Shown here in pieces: positions 43,723-52,229 of a stretch of 52,229 nt of DNA. Positions within the stretch are counted from its first letter, which is position 1; the number at the start of each line of letters is the position of its first letter. The stretch covers positions 1 to 52,229 of the forward strand of contig CAZPFV010000003.1 in assembly GCA_964585985.1 (NCBI GenBank), read 5' to 3'. The position numbers and the translations under genes were made by a program. The notes under the pieces are model-generated. The model saw only the letters and a program-made list of their open reading frames with translations, ran no database searches and was not told the origin of the DNA. This DNA comes from an uncultured Candidatus Saccharibacteria bacterium. GTDB taxonomy: Bacteria; Patescibacteriota; Dojkabacteria; SC72.

Positions 43723-44565
43723 TTACTCTTCAATTTCGTTTGTATTTGCTTCGTTAAAGAGATTCTTAAAGATATTTATTGTTGCACTAAGGACTCCATA
43801 TTTAGGCTCTGCAATAGAATTATCTTGTATCTTATACTCTCCTTTTAATCCCTCTAGCCATACAGCTTCGTTATTATATATCTCTTGCCTTATATACATC
43901 TCCTCTGTTTCATCCTTGAAGAGTTCGTAATCTAATTTTTCTCCTTCTTCTAGCTGCTGGCTATCAGTTGGAAAAAGAACAGAGCTATACTGTTCAAAGA
44001 ATGCTTTTACATCATCGTCTGTATACTCCAAACCTGGGGATAATATCTTTCTTGAGAGGATATCTAACTCTATTTGGTCAGTTAAATCCTTTTCTTTTAT
44101 ATTGTTCTGAGTTAATGCTAATAGATATGCTTCCTCTCCTCCTACACTATTAATTACCTCCTCTAACTCAGCTTGTATTTCCTCCTTTGTTGCTTCTACA
44201 CCAGCCTTCTTAGCTTCAATTCTTATCAATTCTTCTTCTATCAACTGTTGAGCAATTGTTGCTCCGTATGCAGCTTCTAGTTTCTTGTGGTATTGAGTTT
44301 TAGATATTCTATTCCCATCAACTACTGCTACACTGTACCCATTATTTAGGTACTGTACAAAGAGATCCATAAGGATGAAGAGAAGTATTGCACCTAATAC
44401 AATTAATAATGTCCTAAAGCGATTACTAGATAGTAATTTTTTTAAATCAGGCTTCTCAATCTTAATTTTTGCCTTTTTAAATTTAAAATCAGGCTTTTTG
44501 ATTGAGATCTTTTTTGTGGGACTTTTAGAGGATGTACTCTTCTTTTTAACTTTTATCTTTGCCAT
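43723..44565 (-). CDS. membrane-anchored SurA-N/PrsA-like chaperone domain protein (no PPIase domain seen)
   Basis: Lys-rich N-terminus, one TM, then VAVVDGNRISKTQYHKKLE...IEEELIRIEAKKAGVEATKEEIQAELEE, typical of SurA N-terminal-type domains. Confidence 0.55.
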   Translation of the reverse strand: MAKIKVKKKSTSSKSPTKKISIKKPDFKFKKAKIKIEKPDLKKLLSSNRFRTLLIVLGAILLFILMDLFVQYLNNGYSVAVVDGNRISKTQYHKKLEAAYGATIAQQLIEEELIRIEAKKAGVEATKEEIQAELEEVINSVGGEEAYLLALTQNNIKEKDLTDQIELDILSRKILSPGLEYTDDDVKAFFEQYSSVLFPTDSQQLEEGEKLDYELFKDETEEMYIRQEIYNNEAVWLEGLKGEYKIQDNSIAEPKYGVLSATINIFKNLFNEANTNEIEE

Positions 44566-44646
44566 CTGGCGAGGTAATAATAAATTAAAATAAACTTATA
44601 GTTACTGTTATTGAGTTTATCAAAAAATTGTAAAATAAGCAAAAGA

Positions 44647-45972
44647 TTATTTAAGATGGAGGTAGAATGATTTGTTGCCATCATTATGAACAAGTAATGC
44701 ATATTTACAAGGGTATTGAGGAAGATTTGTTGAGTACACTCCGTAGTAAATAGTGCCACCTGTAATTGCCCTTACTGTAGCTCCCTCACCCGTAAGATAG
44801 GCCCAATTTCTTCCAGTGCTTTTAATATAGTTATCTACATTTGCACATATTCCTTTTGGAACTGTATATGTTGAGCCATCTTGGAGTCCATCAGTAGTAC
44901 TTACCATATCCCAAGCTCTATGCGTAGCAGTTTTGTATGTTTGCGTTATTCTTCCTCCTCTAAGTGGTGCTTGGTAGACTTTTGAAGATACTAGAGACCA
45001 GTACTCTCCACCATTTAAGTATAGGGAAGGGTTCTGTTTTTCATTAGATTTATTTCGAATTTCGAAGTGTAAATGAGAGCCAAATGAACAGCCAGTATGT
45101 CCCTGATAGCCGATGGCTGTTCCCGCAGAGACTTTTGTCCCGTTGCCAAGTCCTCCTGAATTGAACAAAGCAATTACTAAATCAGAAATTTTTTCATCCA
45201 TATCAGATATCATCGCAGTTGTTTCAGCTAGCTCCTTTCTGTATGCAGCTTCTCTTCTTTTAGATTCTGCTAAAAGGGAGCTTTTCTCGCTCTTCTGTTG
45301 ATCTAAATATGCTTTTTCTTCTACTAATCTTTCTTTTTCTTCCTCTATTTCATTTCTCTTACGCTGTAAATCAGCCTTCTGATTCGCAAGAAGTTCCTCC
45401 TCCTGCTGTACTAAATTTTTCTTTTCGGCATAATTTGTAAGTGAGTTTTTATCATTATTTCTCGTTTCAACGAGATATTTTACTTTACGGATAATGTTAT
45501 CTAAATTGCCAAAATCTAAAAATAGTTCAAATGGACCGACATATGAATATTTGTATGACTGAGTAACCCTTTCATGGACAGTCTTTTCTAATGTTTTAAT
45601 CTCTTGGGTAAGAATACTAAGGTCATCTTCCTTTATTAATATCTCCTCAGATAGAAGAATAATTTCCAAATCTTGGGCTGTAATTTCTAGGGACAAAACT
45701 TCGATTACTTTTTCAGTTTGTGTAACTTGAGTGTTAATGTACTGAATCTTTTCGTTAAGATTTAATTGTTGATAATCTTCATTTTTTAATTTCTTCTGTA
45801 ATGATCCCTGTGTACTTTCTAATTTGTTTAACTCTTTCTGTAAGCAGAGATACCTCTCTTGTGCTGACATACTACTAGGACACTTCTCAGCAGCACTAAC
45901 CCCTTTGCTTAGAAGGAGCAGAGTGAAAAGTGTAAATATTATTGTAAAAAGTATATTTTTCTTTTTTGTCAT
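44647..45972 (-). CDS. secreted coiled-coil M23 (LytM-type) metallopeptidase, EnvC/PcsB-like partner of FtsEX, with M23 motifs in permuted order
   Basis: Signal peptide and ~240 aa of coiled coil. GTAIGYQGHTGCSFGSHLHFEIR comes first. PLRGGRITQ...THRAWDM, GATVRAITGG and ALLVHNDGNKSFYLHLK follow at the very C-terminus. Confidence 0.8.
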   Translation of the reverse strand: MTKKKNILFTIIFTLFTLLLLSKGVSAAEKCPSSMSAQERYLCLQKELNKLESTQGSLQKKLKNEDYQQLNLNEKIQYINTQVTQTEKVIEVLSLEITAQDLEIILLSEEILIKEDDLSILTQEIKTLEKTVHERVTQSYKYSYVGPFELFLDFGNLDNIIRKVKYLVETRNNDKNSLTNYAEKKNLVQQEEELLANQKADLQRKRNEIEEEKERLVEEKAYLDQQKSEKSSLLAESKRREAAYRKELAETTAMISDMDEKISDLVIALFNSGGLGNGTKVSAGTAIGYQGHTGCSFGSHLHFEIRNKSNEKQNPSLYLNGGEYWSLVSSKVYQAPLRGGRITQTYKTATHRAWDMVSTTDGLQDGSTYTVPKGICANVDNYIKSTGRNWAYLTGEGATVRAITGGTIYYGVYSTNLPQYPCKYALLVHNDGNKSFYLHLK

Positions 45973-45974
45973 AG

Positions 45975-46901
45975 CTATTCTTTAAGATATTTTTTAACTG
46001 AACTAACGCTACTGATAAAGCCAATAAGGGAGCCTGCTAAAATATGAATTAACAGAAATACTAAAATAAAGGTGAAGTTAGGCTTCAATACATATTCTAG
46101 ACCAATATCTTTAAACATCTGTGAAATCCATGTTGCGAATTCCGTTCCTGCTGAGTATATATTTGCTGAATACCAAGGGATTAATACAATTAATGAGGCC
46201 AAAAAACCACCAACCATTCCGTAGAGTGTACCTTCCAAAATAAAGGGAGTTTTGATGAACTTATCGGAAGAACCAACAAGGTGCATAATTTCTATTTCTT
46301 CTTGGTGAAGTTTAATATTGAAACCAATTGTTACTCTAATTAAGGCTACAGTAATTAAAATCATTGCAACAATTAATACGGTGCCACCAATACTAATAAT
46401 TCTAGAAAGGGTTTTTATATTATTAACAACATCTTTAAAATACATGACTTCATCAATATGGGGGTTTGTTTCTTTTGCTTTATTTATATTATCAATAATT
46501 GATAGTAAACCATCAATGTCTTTTGCGCGGATTTCTAGGCTAGGGGGAAGTGAATCTGCAGTAACAGTAGAGATTAATTCTGGATTATCTGCAAAATCTT
46601 CTTTATATACCTCCAAGGCTTGCTCTTGTGAGACATATTTAATTTCTTCTACTAAATCTACATCATTGATTTGTTCCCTAAATTTGAATATCTCTTCCTC
46701 TGTGGTTCCTTTCTTGAAAAAAACAATAACCTGTGCGCGCTGTTCATAGTAATCTACAGTTTTAGATATTAAAATTGATACAGAAAGAAATACAGAAGTT
46801 AGTGTGAATACGATAGCAGATACTAATATCGTTGATATAGTTAACCACTTATTTCTTTTAATATTTTTTCCTGTTACAGAAAGTATACGTGTACTATTCA
46901 T
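45975..46901 (-). CDS. ftsX: cell-division permease-like protein FtsX
   Basis: TM1, a large extracytoplasmic loop and three C-terminal TM helices. Overlaps ftsE by 8 nt. Confidence 0.85.
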   Translation of the reverse strand: MNSTRILSVTGKNIKRNKWLTISTILVSAIVFTLTSVFLSVSILISKTVDYYEQRAQVIVFFKKGTTEEEIFKFREQINDVDLVEEIKYVSQEQALEVYKEDFADNPELISTVTADSLPPSLEIRAKDIDGLLSIIDNINKAKETNPHIDEVMYFKDVVNNIKTLSRIISIGGTVLIVAMILITVALIRVTIGFNIKLHQEEIEIMHLVGSSDKFIKTPFILEGTLYGMVGGFLASLIVLIPWYSANIYSAGTEFATWISQMFKDIGLEYVLKPNFTFILVFLLIHILAGSLIGFISSVSSVKKYLKE

Positions 46902-47820
46902 TATTAGTTTGGCTTAAATATTTTTTAATATAGTTAGCTAAATCTTTGTTTTCCTTTTGTGTCAATTTCATACTCTCTAACTCTTCAGTTGTAATATTTA
47001 GTAAAATCTCTGGAGTTTTAATAGCAAATTTCTTGAGTTTCTCTTTTAATGATTTACTAAGAGGGTCGAACTCTTGTGATATCTCAATAGATTTCTTCAT
47101 CTCGCTCCTGTCCATTGATACATCTTCTGTTTTTGTTTCAGGTCTTACTATTTCTTTAGCACTACTATCGGAGTTTAATCTTCCATCTTTAAGATTAATA
47201 GTTCTATCCTTTGAGCTATTTAATAGATTCTGATCATGTGAGATAACCATAACAGTAGTACCATTCTTGTTAATGGTTTTTAAGATGTTTAATATTTGTA
47301 GTGCATTCTCTGAATCCAAATTACCTGTTGGTTCATCTGCAATAAAGAGGTCTGGTTTGTTGGCCAAAGCTCTTGCGATTGCTCCTCTTTGCTGTTCACC
47401 CCCCGAGAGTTGTTGAGGAAAAAGATCTCTTCTTTCTCTTAATCCTACCAAATCAAGTAGGTAATCTGTTGTATCTTTAATTTCTTTATTACTTTTATCT
47501 AATATTTCAAGGGCAAAAGCCACATTCTCTTCTAAGGTCTTAGTGCTTAATAGCTTAATATCTTGAAATACAACACCTAACTTCTGTCTATATGCAGGAA
47601 GCAATCTTCTATTTAATTTGGGAACTTCAATATCATTAAAAAAGATACTCCCAGAGGTTGGTACCTCTTCTCTAATCAGGAGCTTCATAATTGTGGATTT
47701 ACCAGCCCCAGAAGGACCAATGACATAGCAAAATTCACCTGAATCAATCTTAAAAGAAACATCTTCGAGTGCAGTTATATCTTCTTTGTATTTCTTTGTT
47801 ACAGTATCAAAAAGAATCAT
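46894..47820 (-). CDS. ftsE: cell-division ATP-binding protein FtsE with an ~84-aa C-terminal extension
   Basis: GPSGAGKST Walker A, LSGGEQQR signature, LFIADEPTGNLD Walker B. Extra C-terminal region after residue ~224. Confidence 0.88.
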   Translation of the reverse strand: MILFDTVTKKYKEDITALEDVSFKIDSGEFCYVIGPSGAGKSTIMKLLIREEVPTSGSIFFNDIEVPKLNRRLLPAYRQKLGVVFQDIKLLSTKTLEENVAFALEILDKSNKEIKDTTDYLLDLVGLRERRDLFPQQLSGGEQQRGAIARALANKPDLFIADEPTGNLDSENALQILNILKTINKNGTTVMVISHDQNLLNSSKDRTINLKDGRLNSDSSAKEIVRPETKTEDVSMDRSEMKKSIEISQEFDPLSKSLKEKLKKFAIKTPEILLNITTEELESMKLTQKENKDLANYIKKYLSQTNNE

Positions 47821-47855
47821 GAGCAGTTTATTAGCAGTTTAGGTTACTGTATATA

Positions 47856-48938
47856 TTACTGTATTCTGAGTTGAGCTTCAAGGAATTCCTCAATATTTCC
47901 GTCTAGTACACTTTCAGGATTGTTACTTTCAACATTTGTTCTAAGATCTTTTACTAACTTATATGGATGTAAAATGTAGTTCCTTATTTGATTTCCCCAT
48001 CCTGCTAATTTGTAGTCACCTTTAATTTCTGAAATTTCTTTCAACCTATTTTCTTCTACAATTTTCCATAATTTAGCCTTTAAAATTTGCATTGCTCTCT
48101 CTCTGTTTTGTAATTGGCTTCTTTCTTCTGAACAGTTTACTACTATCCCAGTTGGAATATGTGTTATCTGTACTGCAGAAGATGTCTTGTTAACATTTTG
48201 CCCCCCTGGACCTCCTGATTTCGTAGCTTTAAATAGAATATCTTTATCGGGTATTTCAATATCATTCCCTAAGTCTTTAAGTATGGGGATGACTTCGACA
48301 GCTGCAAATGATGTCTGTCTTAAATTTTGGGCGTTGTATGGAGAGAGTCGTACAAGCCTGTGTGTACCGTGTTCTTGCTTTAACATTCCATATGCATACT
48401 TACCATTTATGTCTAAGGTGATTGTTGCTATACCTGCCTGTGCACCCTTTACAACATTTGTTACATTGTATTTCCATCCTTTTTTAGCAAGGTACATTGT
48501 GTACATTCTAAAAAGCATTTCAGCCCAATCCTCTGCCTCTGTACCACCCTGACCAGCGTGTATTGAAAGAGATGCATTAGCGGAGTCATACTTGCCAGAG
48601 AGGAATTTCAAGGATTCAAATTCCCTAATATCTTTCTCTATTTGAGATAGGGTATCACTTAAATATTGATTACTTTCTTCCAAGGGTTCTTCTAAAAAAA
48701 GAGATAGTGTATTTAAGTCCTCTTTGAGAGAATCAATTTTAGAAATTTCTTCACTTAGATCAGCTATTTGGATTGATACATCTTGTGCATACTGTTGATT
48801 TTTCCAAAAGTCTTCCTTAGAGCTTTCCTGCTCTAGCGATTTTACTATTTCCCTCTTATTATTAATATCTAAAGAGTCTTCGATGTCTAAAATCTTTTCG
48901 CTCAATTTTTGAATATCTTTTTTACTAATTTCATTCAT
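47856..48938 (-). CDS. prfB: peptide chain release factor 2 (single uninterrupted ORF)
   Basis: GGQ motif (SGGPGGQNVNK). RF2-type tripeptide region RLSPYNAQNLRQTSF (SPF position). Overall colinearity with RF2. Confidence 0.9.
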   Translation of the reverse strand: MNEISKKDIQKLSEKILDIEDSLDINNKREIVKSLEQESSKEDFWKNQQYAQDVSIQIADLSEEISKIDSLKEDLNTLSLFLEEPLEESNQYLSDTLSQIEKDIREFESLKFLSGKYDSANASLSIHAGQGGTEAEDWAEMLFRMYTMYLAKKGWKYNVTNVVKGAQAGIATITLDINGKYAYGMLKQEHGTHRLVRLSPYNAQNLRQTSFAAVEVIPILKDLGNDIEIPDKDILFKATKSGGPGGQNVNKTSSAVQITHIPTGIVVNCSEERSQLQNRERAMQILKAKLWKIVEENRLKEISEIKGDYKLAGWGNQIRNYILHPYKLVKDLRTNVESNNPESVLDGNIEEFLEAQLRIQ

Positions 48939-48979
48939 TCTTGTATATTATACTATTCTTAACTAAAAAATTCTGACAT

Positions 48980-50632
48980 ATGTTTGGACTATTTGCAAAG
49001 AGGAAAGAGAAAGAAGAGGGAGCAATTAAAGAGAAGAAAGTAAGTAAGTTTGTTGTGCTTCTCATTCTTGATGGTTTCGGTATACATCCTAGCCCAGAAG
49101 GAAATGCAGTCCTTGGTGCTAAAACACCTTTTTTAGATACAGCCTGGACTTGTGGTCAATCCACACTACTTAATGCTGCGGGTACATATGTAGGCTTACC
49201 ATCTGAGGAGGCTGGTAATTCGGAGGTAGGCCATCTTAATATAGGTGCTGGTCAGGTAGTATATCAATCCTTGCCAAGAATTAATGCCGCAATATCCTCT
49301 CATGAATTAGATAGTAATCCTGCGATTAGAGAGAGCTTTAAAGAGATAAAGAAAAGAGGTTCAAATTTTCATCTAGTTGGAGTCCTAAGCGCCGCTGGTG
49401 TTCATGGGCATATTAAGCATCTTTTTTCTTTAATGGACATATGTAAAGCAAATGGTGTTAACCCATATATTCATATAATGTTTGATGGGAGAGATACTCC
49501 ACCTAGGGATGGTTTTTTGTATTTAAATAAGTTGAATGAAAAAATTCGTGAGAGTGGGGTAGGAGTAATCGCTTCTATGCAAGGGAGATTCTACGGTATG
49601 GATAGAGATAATAGATGGGAGAGGATAAAGTTGGCTTACGATGCAATGGTTGGGCTTTCTCCAGAGACCTTCCAAGATCCTACTGTTGCTCTTCAATCTA
49701 GCTATGCAAGAAATGAAACAGACCAATTTGTCAAACCTATGATGAGAGTTGACTCTTCAGGTACTCCGATTGGAGCAATAAAGCCTAATGATGTTTTGCT
49801 TTTTTGGAACTTTAGGGAGGATCGTGCTAGGCAGTTAAGTAAGGCGTTCATTTCTAATGATTTTAATCATTTTGTGAGAAGGAATTACCCCCAAAATCTT
49901 TCTTTAGTAACAATGACGGGATATGAAGAGGGTATTAATGCGAAAGTAATCTTCCCTCCTAAAAAAATTGAACTCCCAATTGCAAGATATATTTCAAACC
50001 TGGGTTACAAGCAGTTACATATTTCTGAAACCGAAAAAAATATGCATGTTACATACTTCTTCAATGGGGGAGCGGAGGAGCCACATCCAGGTGAAGACTT
50101 CTTTAATATTCCCTCTCCTAAAGTAGAAAATTACGCCACTATTCCCGAAATGAGCTCACCAATTATAACGGATGAGGTCATTAAAAGGATAACGGCTTAT
50201 GATAAATATCAGTATAAATTTATCGTAATTAATTTTGCGAACCCAGATATGTTAGGTCATACTGGTGATTATGATGCGACAGTTCGTGCTAATGAAATTG
50301 TAGATTCTTTAACAGAACAAGTTTCTAAAACGACATTATCAATGGGTGGTGCAATGGTTATTACTGCAGATCATGGTAATTGTGAAACTATGATTAACAG
50401 AGCTACTAAAGAAATTGATAGCGCTCATACGAATAATCCAGTACCACTAATATTACTCTCTAGCATGGAGGATATTACCCCTAGTAATGATACAAAAATA
50501 TTAAGAGTAGGGACTGGTCCTAAGGCTCAGAAGACAGGGCTACTAGCAGATATTGCCCCAACCTGCCTAGGAATTATTGGACTGGACTCCCCCGATACAA
50601 TGACAGGGGTAGACATAAGAAATGTTTTCTAA
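48980..50632 (+). CDS. gpmI: 2,3-bisphosphoglycerate-independent phosphoglycerate mutase
   Basis: LILDGFG, GNSEVGH, NFANPDMLGHTG and TADHGN motifs. Confidence 0.92.
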   Translation: MFGLFAKRKEKEEGAIKEKKVSKFVVLLILDGFGIHPSPEGNAVLGAKTPFLDTAWTCGQSTLLNAAGTYVGLPSEEAGNSEVGHLNIGAGQVVYQSLPRINAAISSHELDSNPAIRESFKEIKKRGSNFHLVGVLSAAGVHGHIKHLFSLMDICKANGVNPYIHIMFDGRDTPPRDGFLYLNKLNEKIRESGVGVIASMQGRFYGMDRDNRWERIKLAYDAMVGLSPETFQDPTVALQSSYARNETDQFVKPMMRVDSSGTPIGAIKPNDVLLFWNFREDRARQLSKAFISNDFNHFVRRNYPQNLSLVTMTGYEEGINAKVIFPPKKIELPIARYISNLGYKQLHISETEKNMHVTYFFNGGAEEPHPGEDFFNIPSPKVENYATIPEMSSPIITDEVIKRITAYDKYQYKFIVINFANPDMLGHTGDYDATVRANEIVDSLTEQVSKTTLSMGGAMVITADHGNCETMINRATKEIDSAHTNNPVPLILLSSMEDITPSNDTKILRVGTGPKAQKTGLLADIAPTCLGIIGLDSPDTMTGVDIRNVF

Positions 50633-51393
50633 AATATTTCAAAAAGAAGAATAAGTATTGATAATACTACTCTGTAAATACCAAAAAAGGTTAACCATTT
50701 CTTTTTATTGAACTTCTTTAATAGTACAAGCCCAAGGTATGTAAAGAGTGCTGCGATTAAAATGCCAATAACATCTGAGGAGAGCAGTATCCTTTCAGGG
50801 TATCCCTTTATAATTTGATATACGGGTGTTGCCAGAAGAAGAGGTAAACCCATTATGAATGAATACTGAATAGCTGTATATTTATTCAACCCAAATATCA
50901 TACCCACAATGGTAGATATTCCTGACCTTGAGCCCCCTGGTATTAAAGCAAATATTTGGCTTATACCCATGAATATGGATTGTTTCCAAGTAATATCTTT
51001 AAACTCAATCTCTTTAGGCTCTTTTCTTCTTTCAATTAATATCATAACTACTCCCCAAACAAAAAGAGAGATTGCAATTGGTATATTCCCTCGTAAGGAG
51101 TTTTCGATTTTTGATTGTAAAAATATGCCAATTACTCCTACAGGGATGATTGATAGAAGGAGTTTTAAATAGATGTGGGCTTTCTCTTTGGAAAGGATGT
51201 TTTTAAATAGAAAATTGGAGTATGCAATGAGTAACGCTATAGTTGTTCCTAAATGTAGTACAGATAATAGGTAGGTATCCATTTTAACATCAAGAAGTTG
51301 TGAAGTGAGGATTAAGTGAGCGCTACTTGATATTGGTAATAGTTCAGTTAGACCTTGTTGTATACCTAGTATTACTACTTTAAAAATGTCCAT
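50629..51393 (-). CDS. uppP: undecaprenyl-diphosphate phosphatase
   Basis: GLTELLPISSSAHL and PGGSRSG motifs with ~8 TM helices. Confidence 0.9.
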   Translation of the reverse strand: MDIFKVVILGIQQGLTELLPISSSAHLILTSQLLDVKMDTYLLSVLHLGTTIALLIAYSNFLFKNILSKEKAHIYLKLLLSIIPVGVIGIFLQSKIENSLRGNIPIAISLFVWGVVMILIERRKEPKEIEFKDITWKQSIFMGISQIFALIPGGSRSGISTIVGMIFGLNKYTAIQYSFIMGLPLLLATPVYQIIKGYPERILLSSDVIGILIAALFTYLGLVLLKKFNKKKWLTFFGIYRVVLSILILLFEIF

Positions 51394-51438
51394 AAATCAT
51401 ATATGCTATATTAATTACATATGGTATATTCTACTTAT

Positions 51439-52122
51439 ATGAAGATAAAAAAACTAGTACTTCTTTTTATAACAGTATTAATATTTTCTTTTGCATCTAA
51501 AGGAGTACTTGCGCAGAGTCCTACTTTTTCGTTCTATCCTCCAAATGGGGTTATCTCTGATGTAGAAAAGGGGTTTATATTAGATGTGTTAATTGATTCA
51601 GGCTCTTACAATATCAGTAAGGCTAAAGCTATCATTAAGTTTGATCCCAAGGTTGTACAGTTAAGTAAAGCTTTAAGGAATGAGTCACTTTTTGAAGAGT
51701 GGCCATTTGATCAGCAAAGTACAGATAACTTAGAGGGTATAGTGATGATTACGGGTATTACGCAGTCACAGGGGAGTGCTTTGTACAGTACTGAAGGTGA
51801 GCCAGATGTCTTAGCAAGGTTAGAATTTGATGTAATTACTAGCGAGAAACAGGATGTTGTTTTTGAAATTCTTTATACTGGAGGTAACGAGCAACTCTCA
51901 TCTGTTATACTTGATAATGTTAGTTCAGAGAATGTATTAAGAAGTAACCCTCCGACTGCTGTTTACTCATTAGATGTCCAAGAGGTTCCAGAAACAGGAA
52001 TTGATATGAATACGTTAGGTATTATTATGGGAATCTTCCTCATTCTTATTGGAGGGTATATAAGGGGTAGTAAGGTAGAGCTATTTCCAAAGAGAAGAGG
52101 TACTGTGGTGTTGACAGAGTAG
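51439..52122 (+). CDS. secreted cohesin-domain-like protein with a C-terminal VPETG + TM + basic tail (possible sortase signal)
   Basis: Signal peptide ending VLAQS. The beta-rich domain resembles cohesin-type domains (FILDVLIDSG...AIIKFDPKVV). VPETG at 51985-51999 is followed by a hydrophobic helix and RGSK. The start could also be 51421. Confidence 0.55.
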   Translation: MKIKKLVLLFITVLIFSFASKGVLAQSPTFSFYPPNGVISDVEKGFILDVLIDSGSYNISKAKAIIKFDPKVVQLSKALRNESLFEEWPFDQQSTDNLEGIVMITGITQSQGSALYSTEGEPDVLARLEFDVITSEKQDVVFEILYTGGNEQLSSVILDNVSSENVLRSNPPTAVYSLDVQEVPETGIDMNTLGIIMGIFLILIGGYIRGSKVELFPKRRGTVVLTE

Positions 52123-52174
52123 TAGTGTATTGATTACAGCATAGATATTTGATATCATTTTTATCATATAGTAA

Positions 52175-52229
52175 GCCGAGATAGCTCAGTTGGTAGAGCA
52201 TCTGTCTGAAGAACAGAGGGTCCCCAGTT
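52175..52229 (+). tRNA. tRNA-Phe (anticodon GAA), 3' part cut by the window end
   Basis: GCCGAGATAGCTCAGTTGGTAGAGC, then anticodon stem-loop TCTGT-CTGAAGA-ACAGA, then the start of the T-arm. Confidence 0.8.

Noticed and set aside
47856-48938. Expected programmed +1 frameshift in prfB
   Set aside because: The gene reads through as a single ORF from ATG 48938, with no internal TGA or CTT TGA C site.
1-52229. Alternative genetic code (UGA recoding, as in some CPR lineages)
   Set aside because: TGA terminates at least one well-defined gene (32863-32865). Conserved proteins show no in-frame TGA, and RF2 is encoded.

Overview
AT-rich, very gene-dense bacterial chromosomal segment. It uses the standard genetic code: TGA serves as a stop (for example 32863-32865) and an RF2 gene is present. 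I can support about 60 protein genes, 7 tRNAs (Asp, Leu, Val x2, Gln, Asn, and a Phe cut by the window end), one T-box leader and a few repeats or terminators.

Most of the window is housekeeping:
- t6A synthesis (tsaC-tsaE fusion plus tsaD), trxA, eno, gpmI
- recA-recX-recJ, rmuC, ung
- archaeal-type aspS, gltX followed by tRNA-Gln, T-box-controlled ileS, prfB, hpf, typA/bipA (split by a frameshift in an A9 run)
- ftsE-ftsX plus a coiled-coil M23 hydrolase, mscL, uppP, carD, a yvcK-like gene, a capA-like gene, pepF, desulfoferrodoxin
- a PspC/LiaF-like envelope-stress trio

The gene content suggests a small-genome anaerobe of the Patescibacteria/CPR type. The cues are desulfoferrodoxin, archaeal-type AspRS, sortase-type surface proteins, many short orphan membrane proteins and pervasive gene overlaps. 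This is inference only, because no search could be run.

The clearly accessory part is about 36.1-42.9 kb. It holds four small orphan membrane proteins and one soluble orphan, followed by a ~1012-aa LPSTG-anchored propeller/GLUG surface protein. That gene is bracketed by a near-identical 368-bp direct repeat with a 3,077-bp period. A truncated second gene copy ends at an abrupt junction into very AT-rich DNA next to tRNA-Asn.

Other points worth follow-up:
- an apparently circularly permuted M23 catalytic domain in the FtsEX-linked hydrolase
- an FtsE with a helix-hairpin-helix-like C-terminal extension
- a 14-Cys secreted protein with a pacifastin/VWC-like Cys pattern
- MscL fused to a zinc ribbon
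- a tail-anchored protein with 48-bp tandem repeats

I saw no CRISPR array, rRNA, integrase, transposase or recognisable defence genes.
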